NCBI GenBank assembly: GCA_947588795.1
Contig: CANPZJ010000001.1
Coordinates: 1 to 44,609 of the forward strand
DNA: 44,609 nucleotides
Direction of reading: 5' to 3'
Origin: an uncultured Bacilli bacterium
GTDB lineage: Bacteria > Bacillota_I > Bacilli_A > RF39 > UBA660
Shown here in pieces: positions 42,994-44,609 of this stretch. The translations under genes and the position numbers were made by a program. The first letter of the stretch is position 1, and each line of letters opens with the position of its first letter. The notes beneath the pieces are model-generated. The model was not told where the DNA came from. It ran no database searches and saw only the letters and a list, made by a program, of their open reading frames with translations.

Positions 42994-44298
42994 CTATTTA
43001 TTTTGGGTATTTGGTCCTCTTTGAACATAATCTTCATATTTAACTTCAGTTATATCACTATTCTTAGTTAAATTAACTTCAACCATTTTAGTACAAGTAT
43101 ATTGACCACCGAATACTTCAAATTCTACTCTTAAAATTAAATCGTTATCAGCATTTCTAAATACTAACTCTGGACTAGCTAAAGTTTCATCTAATTTCTT
43201 TTTAATATTAGCAAGTTCAGTATCATATTGATCTCCCCAATATTCTTTAAGATTTAAATCTTTACCAGACTTCTCCATCATATTAACAGCATATTCTTTT
43301 ATTTTGGCATTTACATCTGTTAAATCAACATCTTTAAGTAAATCTTGAACTCCTATTTCTTTACCAGTTTTAAGATCAATATTATAAATAGTATTCCAAG
43401 TTGATTCATTACCACCATGTAGTAATACTACTGATAAGATATTATCATTTACATAATAATCATAAGTAATAACTTCAATTTCACCAAAAAATCCGGTTTC
43501 TATATCCATATCATCATATTGATTATTCTTAGCAATATCTTTATTAATGGCAATAATATCTTCATTATTAATATTAATAGCAGGATATTCATAATAGTTA
43601 TGTAAAGTTTGTCCAGTAACATTAGCATAAACATCAGATTTCACTGATTTAACTGTATATACTAAAGGTTTACTATCATCTATTTTATCAACACTACTTA
43701 ACATTTTTGTATTTTCTACTTTTTCTTTTACTTCATCTGTTATTAAGCTATCATTCTTAGTATAAGATTTTTCTACTGAACTCCATACATCATTATTTTT
43801 ATTGTCTACTTGATATTCTATCTTTTCTTCAGCCTTTTTAACTACCACAATATCATTTTCATAATTTAAATCTGTTTCTTTAACTGTTTCTTTTGCACCG
43901 ACATTTACTTCATATACTTTTTTAGATTCTTTAGTTACAGCATACCATTTATAAGCATCTTCTTTAATATTATATAGATATTCAAATAGATAATCTTCAT
44001 AAGATGCTACCATATTAACTATGTATTCTTTATCTTTTACACTAAATATTTTGGTAATATAATTACCATCTTTTTCTGGCATTGTCATTAATAGTTCTGG
44101 TACTTTATTATTATCTAAATCAATTAAATTTAAACCAACTTTATTTGCCCCTTCAAAGTTTTCGGCTTTTTCTAAGACACCTGCTAAAATATTTTGCCAA
44201 TTTTTAGGACCTACCCCAAAAACTAAAAGATATACTACAACTGCTGCAACTAGAACAGCAACTGGTATTAACCATAATAATAATTTTTTATTTTTCAT
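42994..44298 (-). CDS. Membrane-anchored extracytoplasmic protein, unknown function
   Basis: 434 aa with the N-terminal TM LLLWLIPVAVLVAAVVVYLLVF. The YYEYPAININNEDIIAINKDIAK segment is reminiscent of DUF4163/DUF3298-type proteins. That assignment is weak. Confidence 0.75.
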   Translation of the reverse strand: MKNKKLLLWLIPVAVLVAAVVVYLLVFGVGPKNWQNILAGVLEKAENFEGANKVGLNLIDLDNNKVPELLMTMPEKDGNYITKIFSVKDKEYIVNMVASYEDYLFEYLYNIKEDAYKWYAVTKESKKVYEVNVGAKETVKETDLNYENDIVVVKKAEEKIEYQVDNKNNDVWSSVEKSYTKNDSLITDEVKEKVENTKMLSSVDKIDDSKPLVYTVKSVKSDVYANVTGQTLHNYYEYPAININNEDIIAINKDIAKNNQYDDMDIETGFFGEIEVITYDYYVNDNILSVVLLHGGNESTWNTIYNIDLKTGKEIGVQDLLKDVDLTDVNAKIKEYAVNMMEKSGKDLNLKEYWGDQYDTELANIKKKLDETLASPELVFRNADNDLILRVEFEVFGGQYTCTKMVEVNLTKNSDITEVKYEDYVQRGPNTQNK

Positions 44299-44311
44299 TT
44301 CCTTTTACTCC

Positions 44312-44608
44312 TTACTTTTTATCCTTAAAACTTTTAATTGCATCAATTAATTCGATTGGTAAACAGAATACCACTGTATTTGATTTATCAGCACTAATAT
44401 CTGATAACGTTGATAATGTTCTTAAATGAAGAGCGCCAGGTGTTTTACTCATTATTTCAGCAGCTTTAGCTAAATTATTAGAGGCTTCAACCTCACCTTT
44501 AGCTTTAGTTATTACTGCTAGTTTTTCACGTTCGGCTTCTGCTGCAATCGCTAGAACTCTTTTCATATCTTCTGGTAAAGACACATCTTTAAGTTCAACA
44601 TTTTCCAC
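44312..44608 (-). CDS. SPFH/band-7 (stomatin-like) protein, C-terminal part (5' end outside window)
   Basis: LPEDMKRVLAIAAEAEREKLAVITKAKGEVEASNNLAKAAEIMSKTPGALHLRTLSTL matches the stomatin/prohibitin C-terminal region. Confidence 0.8.
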   Translation of the reverse strand: MENVELKDVSLPEDMKRVLAIAAEAEREKLAVITKAKGEVEASNNLAKAAEIMSKTPGALHLRTLSTLSDISADKSNTVVFCLPIELIDAIKSFKDKK

Positions 44609-44609
44609 T

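Overview
This is a very AT-rich, low-GC Firmicutes-type chromosomal segment. Code 11 reads cleanly. spoIIP suggests a spore-former. An Erysipelotrichia/Clostridia-like origin is only an inference from gene content.

Backbone genes:
- the 5' part of the dcw cluster on the minus strand (mraZ-rsmH-ftsL-class B PBP, 4851-8646), preceded by four 10-bp-phased GTGG MraZ boxes
- yceD-rpmF, comEB, and tRNA-Leu(UAG) plus a tRNA with a CAU anticodon
- a PfkB kinase with an overlapping Smr gene, spoIIP, rpsT, miaA, tmcAL, an RluA-family synthase and an SPFH fragment

Accessory content dominates:
- (i) Three head-to-tail surface-protein cassettes (1-4592). They share a near-identical promoter, leader, signal peptide, NPKTG sorting signal and terminator, but carry different passengers.
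- (ii) An AbiD/F-type (Abi_2, HEPN RX4H) gene wedged next to mraZ.
- (iii) A ~15 kb, 16-gene, single-orientation block (15492-30355). It encodes three paralogous proteins with a non-canonical TPxLG tail, a class B sortase, a CHAP hydrolase, a CnaB protein with a PPQTG signal, repeat proteins, and six lipoproteins with a shared signal peptide.
- (iv) A two-gene operon ending in a protein with about 14 copies of a CPxGYTKSGSGSxxxC cysteine repeat.

The most notable signal is four G/C homopolymers of 7 nt or more (G9, G7, G8, G8 on the coding strand), the only ones I could find by eye. Each lies in the putative -35/-10 spacer of a promoter driving (i) or (iii). This is a candidate multi-locus slipped-strand phase-variation system for a sortase-B surface proteome.

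I saw no CRISPR array, rRNA, transposase or integrase.
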